DNA of 63,736 bases, counting the filler, from Chiloscyllium plagiosum (Eukaryota), in the NCBI RefSeq assembly GCF_004010195.1. It is 3 parts of one record of this genome, joined end to end, with 100 filler letters (N's around TTAATTAATTAA, not from the genome) between each part and the next. Parts side by side here need not be neighbours in the genome. Positions count along the whole stretch, not along the records: positions 1 to 20,329 come from NC_057712.1; positions 20,430 to 46,743 come from NC_057712.1; 1 more part is not named here. One strand, 5' to 3'. Made by a program: the position numbers and the translations under genes. Positions within the stretch are counted from its first letter, which is position 1, and each line of letters begins with the position of its first letter. Shown piece by piece: positions 13,001 to 23,619 of this stretch. The notes under the pieces were generated by a model. It was not told the DNA's origin, ran no database searches, and worked only from the letters and a program-made list of their open reading frames with translations.

Positions 13001-13868
13001 CCAGAGTACAACGGGATCTTGATCAGATGGGCCAATAGGCAGAGGAGTGACAGATGGAGTTTAATTTAGATAAATGTGAGGTGCTACATTTGGGAAAGGC
13101 AAATCAGGGAGGACTTATATACTTAATGATAAGGTCCTGGGGAATGTTGCTGAATAAAGAGACCTTGGAGTGCAGATTCATTGTTCCTTGAAAGTGGAGT
13201 CACAGGTAGATAGGATAGTGAAGAAGGTGCTTGGTATGTTTTCCTTTATTGGTCAGAGTATTGAGTACAGGAGTTGGGAGGTCATGTTGTAGCTGTACCG
13301 GACATTGGTTAGGCCACGTTTGGAATATTGTATGCAATTCTGGTCTCCCAGCTATAGGAAGAACGTTGTGGAACTTGAAGGAGTTTGGACAAAATCTAGA
13401 AGAATGTTGCCAGGGTTTGAGGGTTTGAGCTATAGGGAGAGGCTGAATAAGCTGGGGCTGTTTTCTCTGGAGCATTGGAGGCTGAGGGGTGACCTTATAG
13501 AGGTTTATAAAATCATGAGGGGCATGGATAGGATAAATAAACAAGGTCTCTTCCCTGGGCTGGGGAAGTCGAAAACATGGGGGCATAAGTTTAGGGTGAG
13601 AGGGGAAAGATATAAAAGAGACCAAGGGGCAGCATTTTCATGGGGCACGTGTATGGAATGAGCTGCCAGAGGAAGTGGTGGAAGCTGGTACAATTATAGC
13701 ATTTAAAGGAATCTTGTTGTGTATGTGAATAGGATAGGTTTAGAGTGAAATAGGCCAAATACTGACAAATGGGACTAGATTAATTTAGGATATCTAGTTA
13801 GCATGGACAGGTTGGACCGTAGGGTCTGTTTCCATGCTATTCTCTCTATTAGTCTATGAGTCTATGAG
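10090..13868 (+). mobile_element. Near full-length degenerate CR1 LINE (5'UTR, partial ORF1, APE-RT ORF2, tail)
   Basis: ORF1 start MAYNIVMCSFCTMW at ~10277. ORF2 starts LNCIYFNARG at ~11060, with NYRLVSLTSVVGK, YMDFSKAF and VRPRLEYC motifs. Tail agtctatgagtctatgag. Confidence 0.9.
10507..10919 (-). mobile_element. 5'-truncated Penelope-like element (end of GIY-YIG ORF plus 3' repeat), inserted in a CR1
   Basis: The minus strand encodes TRHLEEQCLVFRLGTLQPHGINVDFNSF, typical of the PLE endonuclease C-terminus. It also carries CTGATGAAAGGCCTCTGCCTGAAACATC. TSD TACAGTCAGGTAG at 10494-10506 and 10920-10932. Confidence 0.8.
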
Positions 13869-15049
13869 TGATGGATATTGACCAGGACAGTGGGCATAAC
13901 TCCTTTGCTTTTCTTTCAAATATAATTTTGGGATCCTTAATCCTCATCTGAGAATGCAGAATAATCCTCTGTTTAACATATCATCTAAAAATAGACACCT
14001 GGACTTCAGCGTCTCTCTTTTTTTAATATGTGTGTCAGCCTTGGAATTGAAATTGAACCTGGGGCTGTGTGGTTCAGAGGTGAAAGTACGTCAAACTGAG
14101 TTATTGCTGACCCACAATTACTTTGTGCATTCCCTTGCCTTTATTGATGTCTCAAATTGCATTTCCTCACTTATCCAGATTGAATTCCTTCGACAGAACC
14201 TAGTTTCTGACCACTTCAGCAGCTATTGGTAACTTCCTTAAGTCTACAGCTTTCTTCCCCACTATCAATACGACCAACTTTTGTGTCATCTGCAAATTAC
14301 TCAACCATGTCAACTTTATTTAAGTTGAAATATTTTATAAATACCATGAAAAGAAAAGGACTAAGTAGTGAGCTGTGCAAAAACACCCATCCATCATTGT
14401 TTTCTGTTATCTGCCACTGAGCCAGTTTTGGATCAAATTTGTTACTTATCCTGGGTTTCATAAGCTTTTAATTTACTCCTCAGTTTTTCATATTTGATTA
14501 TGCTGAAAGCCATCCATCATTGATGGGAACTACATCAAACACATCATCCTCATCGACCTATTTTACACCCTCAACAAAGTTCAATCATGAAGGACATGAT
14601 CTTTCCTTAAGAAATCCACACTGATAGCCTTTACGTATTCTGTGTCTTTTCAAAAGAAAAATGATACTGCCTCCCTCAGGACCTCTCAACTAGCTCACCC
14701 GTCACTGAGGCTAAGTGGCAATTACTTGGTCTATCTCTTCCTAAACAGGGATCAGGCGGAGCAGAATACAGAGTGATAAGCAGATTGGTGGCAACAGACA
14801 CAGGTGAAGTAGAACAAACAGCAGAAAATGAAGAGTGAGGAAAGGAGAGAGGGGAATTGAAAGCAAGGAACACAGAGGGAGTACAGAAGGGAACAAACAC
14901 AGAATAAAATTGTCAATTAATTATAGACAGGGAAAATAACTGCAGCAGTTTACTTGAAACGACACATTACAGTGGCTAATACTTCACAGCCTAACCACAA
15001 TTTGAAGGATGTGTGTCTGAATATGTCTGTGTCATTCATTGCCAATGTG

Positions 15050-16010
15050 AATTCACACATAATACGCACCAGGGTGTGGACTATAGGCCATATTGTACAC
15101 ATTTCACTGTGTGATATACAGTTTAATGAACAGATCACAAAGTGTAATATATCACATAATAACAGGTCAGAGTGTAATTTACAGCAAAATATACGGGTCA
15201 GAGAGTGTAATATGCTGCATAATACACAAGTTTGACACCGTTAAATGCAGCATAACATGTGTAATACACATTGGAATACAAAGTTTAGAGTGTAACATGA
15301 AGCATAATACCCGGGTCAAAAATGTTTGTGTAGCTTAATTCACATGTCAATGTGTAACATAAACATAATGCACAGATTGGAGTAGATATGCCTCCAGTTA
15401 AAAGGATCATTATACAGTGTTATACACACGCCAGAGTGTATTGTACAGCTTAATACACAAGTCTGAACAATGTAACATCCAGCATCATCCACAGGTCAGT
15501 GACTACAAATAGAGCAAAATACATACGTCAGAGTGTGTAATATACACCGGTCAGAGAATGCAAAATATAAAATAAAATGCAAGTCTTTGAGTGTAACATG
15601 CAACATAATACATATTTTAAAATGTAGTATTCAGCATGTTACACCAGTCTGACAGTATAGTTTACAGCTTTATTCACTAGGTGGAAATGATAATTTACAG
15701 CATAATACACAGGCCTTTGAGGATACAATATATAGGTCTTTCAGTGTAATATGCAGCATATTATACAGGACAATGAGTGATTTGCAAGATACTATACAGG
15801 TCAAAGAATTTATTATGGAGCACAATGCACATATCAGTGAGTAATATACAGTGTGTACACCAGCCAGAATTTAATATGTCTCAAGGTACATTGGTTAAAG
15901 TGTTTATTATGCAGCAGGTCTTTGAGTGTATTATACTGCATAATGCACAGGTTAGATTGTATAATATACAGTGTAACACAGACGTCAGAGTGTATAATAT
16001 ATATAGGCTA
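15050..16010. repeat. Degenerate ~31-33 bp minisatellite
   Basis: Recurring unit similar to gcataatacacaggtcagagtgtaatataca. Confidence 0.8.
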
Positions 16011-16094
16011 GATTGTGACCCCATTTTGAAGGGCATAATCCTATATATTTAAGTGAAAAAAGGGAGACCTATTCGTAAAGCTCATTAAAAAAAC

Positions 16095-16925
16095 TCATCT
16101 ATCATGGTCCATCCACATCAACACTACAGTCAAGAAAGCACTTAAAAATGTGTTGCTGGAAAAGCGCAGCAGGTCAGGCAGCATCAAAGGAACAGGAGAA
16201 TCGATGTGTCGGGCATAAATCCTTCTTCAGGCTTCACCTGAAACGTTGATTCTCCTGTTCCTTTGATGCTGCCTGACCTGCTGCGCTTTTCCAGCAACAC
16301 ATGTTTCAGCTCAGATCTCCAGCATCTGCAGTCCTCACTTTCTCCTAGTCAAGAAAGCACACCAACACCTTTACTTCCTCAGAAGGCTAAGGAAATTTGT
16401 CATATCCACAATTACTCCTACCAATTTTCATAGATGCACATAGAAAACATCCTATCCGGATGCAGCACAGCTTGTTATGGCAATTGGTCTGCTCAAGACT
16501 GCAAGAAATTACAGAGAGGTGTGAACTCAGCCCCCAGTCCATCATGCAAACCAGCCTTCCTTCCATTAACTTTGTCTACACTTCTTGTTGCCTCAGGAAA
16601 GCAGTCAGCATAAGCAAAGACCCCTTCCACCCATGTTACATTTACTTCCACTCTCTTCCATCGAGCAAAAGATACAAAAGTTTGAAATCATGTACTAACA
16701 GATTTAAGAACAGCTTCTTCAGCTGTTATCAGACTTATGAATGGACCTTCCATATATTGAAATTGATCTTTCTCTGCACCTTCTCTGTAGCTGTAACACT
16801 ATAGTCTGCATTCTGTTCCATTAGTCTGATGTATTTATGTCAGGTATTATTTATCTGGTGAACACGCAATATAATTATTTTCACTGTATATCAGTACATG
16901 TAACATTAACAACTCAACTCAAATC
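16095..16925 (+). mobile_element. Rex1/Babar-like LINE 3' fragment
   Basis: After removing the PLE insert it reads VKKAHQHLYFLRRLRKF...LPSSKRYKSLKSCTNRFKNSFF. Confidence 0.7.
16142..16346. mobile_element. PLE-derived palindromic insertion
   Basis: Inverted arms aaaatgtgttgctggaaaagcgcagcaggtcaggcagcatc / gatgctgcctgacctgctgcgcttttccagcaacaca. TSD AGTCAAGAAAGCAC at 16128-16141 and 16347-16360. Confidence 0.88.
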
Positions 16926-17281
16926 AAACATTTCTCAGCTCATATCAATGTACACAGTCCTTTGATCTATAAGACACTCAGAAAATAACAGATTAGTTGC
17001 TGCAAATGTCAGTCATCTCATGGAAAGAGAGACTTGTTTTAAAGTTGGAACTTCGACACACCCAAAGTCTTTCACAGCCAATGGTGTACTTTGAAAGCTG
17101 CTATAAATGTTTTCACTCCAAAAACAACATCAATAGTGTAAGCATCAGGATAGCGATGAACCTAATCCAAATTGGATTCTCAGTTGTCAGGGATAGTTCC
17201 CCAGATCTATGGGGTTTGGGCTTTTTACATTAATCTGGATACCCAGCACATCTGCCTCCTTCCTCTTAAGCCGTCACTTAC

Positions 17282-17408
17282 CGATGATGCAGAATGGCTT
17301 CCGCACAAAGCGAATACGCCCCATCCAGCCACGATATCGACAGCAGCAGCCTGCTGCCCAGATCCGGATGATGAACTCAAGACCAAACACCACGATCATC
17401 ACAAACTC
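17282..17408 (-). CDS. KCNQ channel coding exon 3 (S2 and S2-S3 linker)
   Basis: ctgacag|GAG TTT...ATC ATC G|gtaagt, 127 bp. Translates [42 protein letters not shown](D), including the KCNQ triple-cysteine motif. Phase-compatible with exon 2. Confidence 0.96.
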
Positions 17409-17689
17409 CTGTCAGCAAAATGCAGAACAAATTCAGTGTCGGCTCACTGTTATAGTGCTGAAGAGAGCGAGCTATTGATGGGAGATAGTCACTATAGTAA
17501 TAAGCAGTATGATCAAGACACGTGGAAAGAGTGAATACAATTAGCGGGAGTTTATCATTGTATAAAGAGAAGGAAAGTCACTATATTTCGACTGAACCAA
17601 TGAGCTACACTCTCATTAGATAGCAAGCGACAGAGTGAAACCACTGATGGTGGTGGTCTAACCTGAGGGTCACTATGCAATTGGAGGGG

Positions 17690-18140
17690 AGTGATTGAGA
17701 AGGAGTTTCCCAGGTGTTCCAGCCAACATCTATCCCTCAATCAACAACACAAAAAACAGAAGATATGGTCAATTTCACATTGCATTTGGTGGGAGTTTGC
17801 TCAGTACAAGTTAGTTGTTATTTCCTCATTGTAGTATTTACTTTAAAAGAACTTCATTGTCTGGGAACAGCCTTCATAGGCTTGATGTTTGTGAAAAGTG
17901 CAATACAGGGCGACACCCATATCCGCGGAATCATTTTCCGCAGTTTCAGTTACCCATGGCCCGATCATATTATAGGGAACCTTCCAGAATCATGGACCGG
18001 GGGGGCTACCAGGAAGGTAAATTTCCCATTTAAATGAATGGGTCCACTTCTGTCCGTGGTTTCAGGCTTCCGTGGTAGGTCCTGGAACACATTCCCCATG
18101 GGTATGGGGGGACTACTGTATATGTAAATACAAGCCTTTC
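17690..18140 (+). mobile_element. Deu-domain SINE relic (SacSINE1-like 3' part)
   Basis: ggagtttcccaggtgttccagccaacatctatccctcaatcaac...gtgggagtttgct...gtgaaaagtgcaata[MITE]tatgtaaatacaagcc. Confidence 0.55.
17906..18118. mobile_element. Tigger/pogo-like MITE
   Basis: TA|CAG...CTG|TA, with imperfect TIRs cagggcgacacccatatccgcggaat vs reverse-complement cagtagtccccccatacccatggggaat. It splits a SINE tail at TA. Confidence 0.7.
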
Positions 18141-18364
18141 ACTCTTTTGCAGTACTGATGGAGGTTGTGTCAGATGAACTCTTGTGACTGACATCCCAAA
18201 TAATTAACACCACCAAACAGCACAGCACATCATTCCAAAACAGTCCCTGCGACAGATATTAAGAAGATAAAAATTTGCATCTACATGACAAAATTAACAG
18301 ATCAATATTCTCCAAATTGGCTCACAGGAGCATTATGCTGAGAATGAGCCACAAAAGGTGAGGG

Positions 18365-18920
18365 TGAACAGTACTGTCGAATGGGCAATACAAATGGAGT
18401 ACAGTACTGTTAGAGAGTCAGTACCGAGGGAGGGCCGCACTGTCAGAGGGTCAGTACCAAGGGAGGGCCGCATTGTCAGAGGGTCAGTACTGAGGAGGGA
18501 CTGTATTGACATGGTTCAGTATTGAGGGAGAGGCGTACTGACAGAGGATCAGTGTTGAGGGAATGTTGCACTATGGGAGTGTCAGTACTGAGGGATTGCT
18601 GCACTGTCAGAGGGTCAGTACTGAAGGAGTGGCACACCATCACAGGGTCAGTACTGAGTGAGTGCCAAGGGAGTGTTGCACTGTGGAATAGTCAGTACTG
18701 TGAGGATGCTGTCCTGTCAGAGGGTCAGTACTGAGGGTGTGCTACACTGTTGGATAGTCTGCATGATGGGAGTGCTGTATTGTTAGCTGCTCAGCTCTTA
18801 AAGATGCAAATACTTTAACTTGATGATCTATCTGTGCTTTCTGGAGTAGATCCCATGGAGTTACCTTGTACAAAAGTAGAGAAATTCTCCCTGGTGACCT
18901 GGGGCAATATTTATCCTTAG
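18365..18920 (+). repeat. ~32-bp tandem array (cagtactgagggagtgctgcactgtcagagggt) fused to a Deu-domain SINE body
   Basis: Roughly a dozen diverged units at 18365-18790, followed by agatcccatgg...ctccctggtgacctggggcaatatttatcc. Confidence 0.75.
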
Positions 18921-19807
18921 CCTGTGAGTGCGTGATGGTGGAGTGGTGGTGGATGGATGAGAGGGGTGGCGACTGTGTGGAATGTGTGAGTGCAGGACAA
19001 GTGCAGGATTGCTGCATGAGAGTGAATTTGTGAATAATGGTGAGTGTGAGAGGATGGCTGTGTTTTACATAGCGCTGAACTGAGCAAAGCTGTGCTGAAC
19101 TGAGCTGAGCTGTGCTGTGAGCTGAGCTGGGTGTGGTGGATTCCCTGAATTTCATCTGACAGCAGTGCTCCTGTGATTCCAGCTCGATCATGACCCCAAT
19201 CTAAACTTTATCAGCCTGTCACTTGCTGTCACTTGAATAATTTTGGCACCTTCTATTGAAGCAGGTTTTCAACTTTTACGATTTCCAATTTGTACTGGGT
19301 ACTATTAATTTTAATGCAACATCATTCGGTCTGAGCACCAACAGTAACAATCCCATTTCCTTCCATTTGACATGCTTCAGCACAAAGGGTCAGATTTTTG
19401 ACTCCCCTGCAGAGGGAACACATACACTGATCTATAAATGATTCTCTCATTTCAAAAGGCACACAGAAATTAGGAGCAATACTAGACCATTCAGCCCTTT
19501 CAATCAATAAGGACAAGGATGATCTGACTGTAACTTCAAATCCACATTCCTGTGTACTCCTGGTAACCTTTCACCTCCTTGCTTAACAAGCATCTATCTG
19601 ATGTGGGACCTTGTCTTCTGAACCTAAATACAATACATTGACCAGTTAGCCTTTACCCACAGCATATATTATTTCTTCAAAGAAGCCCAATTAAAGATAT
19701 TTCCCTCTCACAAACCACATGGTTCTTCCCAAGCACCTTGAATGTATCCAAGTTCCCTACTTTAACTTAGTTAATAATAGGTTCTGACAATTATGTGAAG
19801 CTCTCAC

Positions 19808-19898
19808 CAGGATGAAGAGACAATGTGAAGCAAGAACGGTGTGCTCCGGGATGGTCGAAAGTACGGACAGAACCAAACAGCTGAAGACCAGGACAAAC
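19808..19898 (-). CDS. KCNQ channel coding exon 2 (S1 helix)
   Basis: ccacag|G TTT GTC...ATC CTG|gtgaga, 91 bp. The first G completes exon 1 GT to give Val, then FVLVFSCLVLSVLSTIPEHTVLASHCLFIL, which matches KCNQ4/5 S1. Confidence 0.95.
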
Positions 19899-19917
19899 CT
19901 GTGGACCAAATAGAGAA

Positions 19918-20329
19918 GATGGTCACTTAGAGGGCATGGATATTGAAATGGTGGGTCAGTTAGAGGAAATGGTCAATCAGTGCAGCCAGATAGAGAGAGA
20001 GGGGCGATCAGTCAGGATGCACGGTGAGTTAGAGGGGATCATCAGGTAGAGGAGGTGGTCAATTAGAGGGACTGGTCAGTAAGAGGGGGTGGTCAATTAG
20101 GAAAGGTAGTCAGTTAGAGGGAACAGTCAGTTAGGGAGGGTGGTCATATAGAGAGGGTGGTCAGTTAGAGAGGGCAGTCAGTTAGAGGGAACAGTCAGTT
20201 AGAAGGGAAGTCAGTTAGAGGGGGTGGTCAGTTAGAAGGGAAGTCAGTTAGAGAGGGCGGACAGTTCGAGAGGGCGGACAGTTCGAGAAGGCGGACAGTT
20301 CGAGGGAGTGGTCAGTAAGAGAGGGCAGT
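19918..20329. repeat. G-rich 17-19 bp minisatellite (ggtcagttagagagggc) running into a gap
   Basis: Repeated gtcagttagag(a)ggg units. Confidence 0.85.
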
Positions 20330-20429
20330 NNNNNNNNNNNNNNNNNNNNNNNNNNNNNNNNNNNNNNNNNNNNTTAATTAATTAANNNNNNNNNNNNNNN
20401 NNNNNNNNNNNNNNNNNNNNNNNNNNNNN
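20330..20429. other. Artificial scaffold linker (44 N + TTAATTAATTAA + 44 N)
   Basis: Exactly 100 bp, with a 12-mer that gives stops in all six frames. Confidence 0.92.
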
Positions 20430-20827
20430 GTCACTATTCCGAACAATCCCACCCCCCTCTCTGTCACTATTCCGAACAATCCGGGAAAACAGCCCCAGCC
20501 TGTTCAACCTCTGCCTACAGCTCAAATCCTCCAACCCTGGCAACATCCTAACTATTCTGATCCTGTTTTCCAGCACTTGACCCATGGCCACTTCTAGTTG
20601 CATGTGTCCACCTAAATATTTATTAAATGTTATGAGGGTTTCTGCCTCTCCCACCCTTCAAGTCAATGAGTTCCAGATTCCCAACAATTTCTGGGTGAAG
20701 GTGTTTTCCTTCACATCCCCTCTAAAACTCCATCAAGGGGAAAACTATCTTCCTGTCTTATGTCCCTAACACTTTTATACATCACGATCATGTCCCCCTC
20801 AGTCTCCTCTGCTCCAAGGAAAACAAG

Positions 20828-20928
20828 TTGACTCCCCTGCCCCTTGAATGCTGCCTGACCTGCTGTGCCTTTCCAGCACGCACACTCTTTGACTCTGATC
20901 TCCAGCATCTGCAGTCCTCACCTTCTCC
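20828..20928 (+). mobile_element. PLE-derived single-arm fragment
   Basis: atgctgcctgacctgctgtgcctttccagca...ctctgatctccagcatctgcagtcctcaccttctcc, the same terminus as the hairpin copies. Confidence 0.7.
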
Positions 20929-21179
20929 AAGAAAAAAAAACTCTCTTCGTAACTGAGACTGTCCAGCCCAGGTAGCAACTTGATGATACTCTTCCGCACC
21001 CTATCCAGTGCAATCACTTCCCTCCTATAAATGCCAATTCTAGAACTGTGCACAAAACTCCAGGCCAGACCCAGCTGGAGCAGTACTGCAGACTTGAGCA
21101 GAAAAACAAATAATTACTGGAGGAGCCAGGGGTGAGAAAGAGTGTGCTGGACTTCAGCAGATGCTGCTAACAAACCAGA

Positions 21180-21616
21180 GTTTTCCAAGGATGGTGCCCG
21201 GAATGGAGGGATAGAGTTATAAAGGGAGGCAGGAACCTTTCTCACTGAAGATTGAAGGTCGACTTTACAGAAGTTAATAAAGTCATGAGGGGCACAGATA
21301 TGGTGAATGGTAGGTGTCTTTTGCCTAGGGTGAGAGTTTCTAGACTAGGGGCATAGCTTTAAGGTGAGAGGAGAATGCTTTTAAAAAAGACGTGAGGGAG
21401 ATTTTGGTTTTCCAGGGAGTGTTTAGTGTGAGTAATGAACTTCCCGAGGATGTGAAGGATGCGGGTACAGTTCCAATGTTTAAAAGACATTTGGTTAAGA
21501 ACAGGAAAGGTTTGCAGGGATATGGACCATCCACAGGCAAGTGGGACTGGTTGAGTTTGGTAACATGGTCGGCATGGACTGGTTGGACCGAACGGTCTGT
21601 GTCCGTGCTGTGTGAC
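21180..21616 (+). mobile_element. CR1 (HER1-like) 3' fragment
   Basis: ctagactaggggcatagctttaaggtgagagg...gtcggcatggactggttggaccgaacggtctg. Confidence 0.8.
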
Positions 21617-21823
21617 CCCCAGCATGTGGTGCGTGTTCCGGGTTAAGTTGCTGCTGGGGTTGGGGCAGCTTTTGAACAGCCTGCTGACCAAGTAGACGCT
21701 TGTGTGAGTAGCCTGGAGGTGGGAGGAGTGCAGTTGGAAGCGGGAGAAATTGGACCAAAGGCAGTGATACAGAGCTCCACCTCCAGTCCAGAAAGTGATG
21801 GGGACGGAACAGAAAATAAAACC

Positions 21824-21984
21824 AGCAGTTCAGGCAGCATCCAAGGAGCAGCGAAATCTGATGAAGGGCTTTTGCCCAAAATGTCGATTTCGCTGCTCCT
21901 TGGATGCTGCCTGAACTGCTGTGCTCTTCCAGCATCACTAATCCAGAATCTGGTTTCCAGCATCTGCAGTCATTGTTTTCACCT
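21824..21984. mobile_element. PLE-derived partly palindromic insertion in KCNQ intron 1
   Basis: Short inverted arm plus ctgatgaagggcttttgcccaaaatgtc (decayed hammerhead core). TSD AGAAA(A/T)TAAAACC at 21811-21823 and 21985-21997. Confidence 0.85.
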
Positions 21985-22613
21985 AGAAATTAAAACCAAC
22001 CTGGGGAAACACATCTTCCCCTGTCTCTCCCCCCTAACACCACCCCCTCCTCCCCACCTTGGGGAATAGATAGGGCAAGGAATTCCACCCACCCAGCGGA
22101 TAAAAGCTGCTCTGTACATAAAAAAAATCCAACTTTCACAGAACAGCTTGTGGGGATACCCAGGGTGGCAAGAGAGACAGATAGTCTTTCTCATTTCTAG
22201 GGGGTGGGATCTGAAACATTCGAACCGCCCCCCCCCCCCCCATTCCCCACCCCCCATTCCCCAGCTCCCAGAACGGCCCAGTACTGTTTCTGGATTTTCT
22301 GCCTCAGTCCTCAGCACCTCTGATCTCAATATAATTCAAGCAACAGACCAGAGTTGCCTCACCGAGAGAGAGGGATGTTTGTGGATTGATTGGGGTGGGG
22401 GTGGTTGTAGTCAGGAAATACAAAGCAATGGCTTAAAATAACACTCAAACTGAGCACTAATAACTGAGCGAGAGAGGGAGAGAGAGAAACATCCTTTCCC
22501 CCGTCATTCCAGAAAGTTACATCATTCCCATAACCTGAAGTTTGAGCCGAGTGTTTGCAAACTGCTGGATGGAGTTACTGAGGCTGGGAGACAGTACAAA
22601 CAGGGTCACTTAC

Positions 22614-22924
22614 ACAAAGCCGTGGTAGATGAAGGCGCAGCTCCGTGGTCTCTCCAGGACGTTGTAGATGAGGTTTTGCAGCCTCCTGTAGTTCACACTC
22701 CTGCGGGGACAGTCGCCTCTCGCCAGCGGGCTGGCCAGCAGACTCAGGCGGCTGCCTTGCTGGGTGAAAGCCCGGTACTCAGCCGTGTCCAAACCTGTGG
22801 GTCTTCTCAGTGCGGATTCCACATCCCTCATGCCCACAAACTCCACTCTGCCTCCCCCTGCTGCTGCTGCTGCCGCGGGGCTTGGCATCCCCAGGCCGGC
22901 CTCCTGGCTCGCATTGCGGGCCAT
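22614..22924 (-). CDS. KCNQ (Kv7) voltage-gated K+ channel, KCNQ4/KCNQ5-like, coding exon 1
   Basis: ATG at 22924 in good Kozak context (agcATGG). Translates [10 protein letters not shown]...[21 protein letters not shown]...[26 protein letters not shown], which carries the KCNQ S0 signature YRRxQNxxYNVLERP. Ends TTT GT|GTAAGT (donor at 22613, phase 2). Confidence 0.93.
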
Positions 22925-22951
22925 GCTCTCTGAGACATGGGGCCGGCGGCA

Positions 22952-23619
22952 GTCACACACAGATACACACACACACACAGAGACAGAGAGAGACACACAG
23001 TCGCAGAGAGAGACACAGAGAGAGAGAGAGACACACACACAGAGACAGAGAGGCACAGACACAGAGAGACACACAGTCGCGCAGAGAGAGAGACACACAG
23101 AGAGAGAGACACACACACAGAGACAGAGAGGCACAGACACAGAGAGAGACACACAGTCGCAGAGAGAGAGACACACAGAGAGAGAGACACACACACAGAG
23201 ACAGAGAGGCACAGACACAGAGAGAGACACACAGTCGCAGAGAGAGAGACACACAGAGAGAGAGACACACACACAGAGACAGAGAGGCACAGACACAGAG
23301 AGAGACACACAGTCGCAGAGAGAGAGACACACAGAGAGAGACACACACACAGAGACAGAGAGGCACAGACACAGAGAGAGACACACAGTCGCAGAGAGAG
23401 AGACACACAGAGAGAGACACACACACAGAGACAGAGAGGCACAGACACAGAGAGACACACAGTCGCAGAGAGAGACACACACAGAGAGAGATACACACAC
23501 AGGGAGAGAGACAGAGACACACAGAGACACAGGCGGAGAGAGACAGAGACACAGACAGAGAGAGACACACAGGGAGAGAGAGACACACACACACTCTCAC
23601 ACAGCCACACACACACACG
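22952..23619. repeat. Compound GA/CA microsatellite organised as a ~78-bp higher-order minisatellite (~7 units)
   Basis: The marker AGTCGC recurs at 22999, 23075, 23155, 23233, 23311, 23387 and 23461 (spacing 74-80 bp). Confidence 0.95.

Noticed and set aside
1..17281. Search for KCNQ exon 4 (S3-S4, LRFLQILRM..DRRGGTWKLL)
   Set aside because: No matching segment found by eye. The gene probably continues beyond the left edge, but a missed exon cannot be excluded.
17172..17534. Plus-strand ORFs of 89-120 aa
   Set aside because: Antisense shadows of KCNQ exon 3.
19072..19132. GAGCT/CTGAG pentamer cluster resembling Ig switch repeats
   Set aside because: Only ~60 bp, intronic to KCNQ, with no Ig context. 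An ordinary pentanucleotide microsatellite.
22227..22262. Poly-C tract (G4 potential on the KCNQ sense strand)
   Set aside because: Common low-complexity feature near GC-rich first exons, with no further support.
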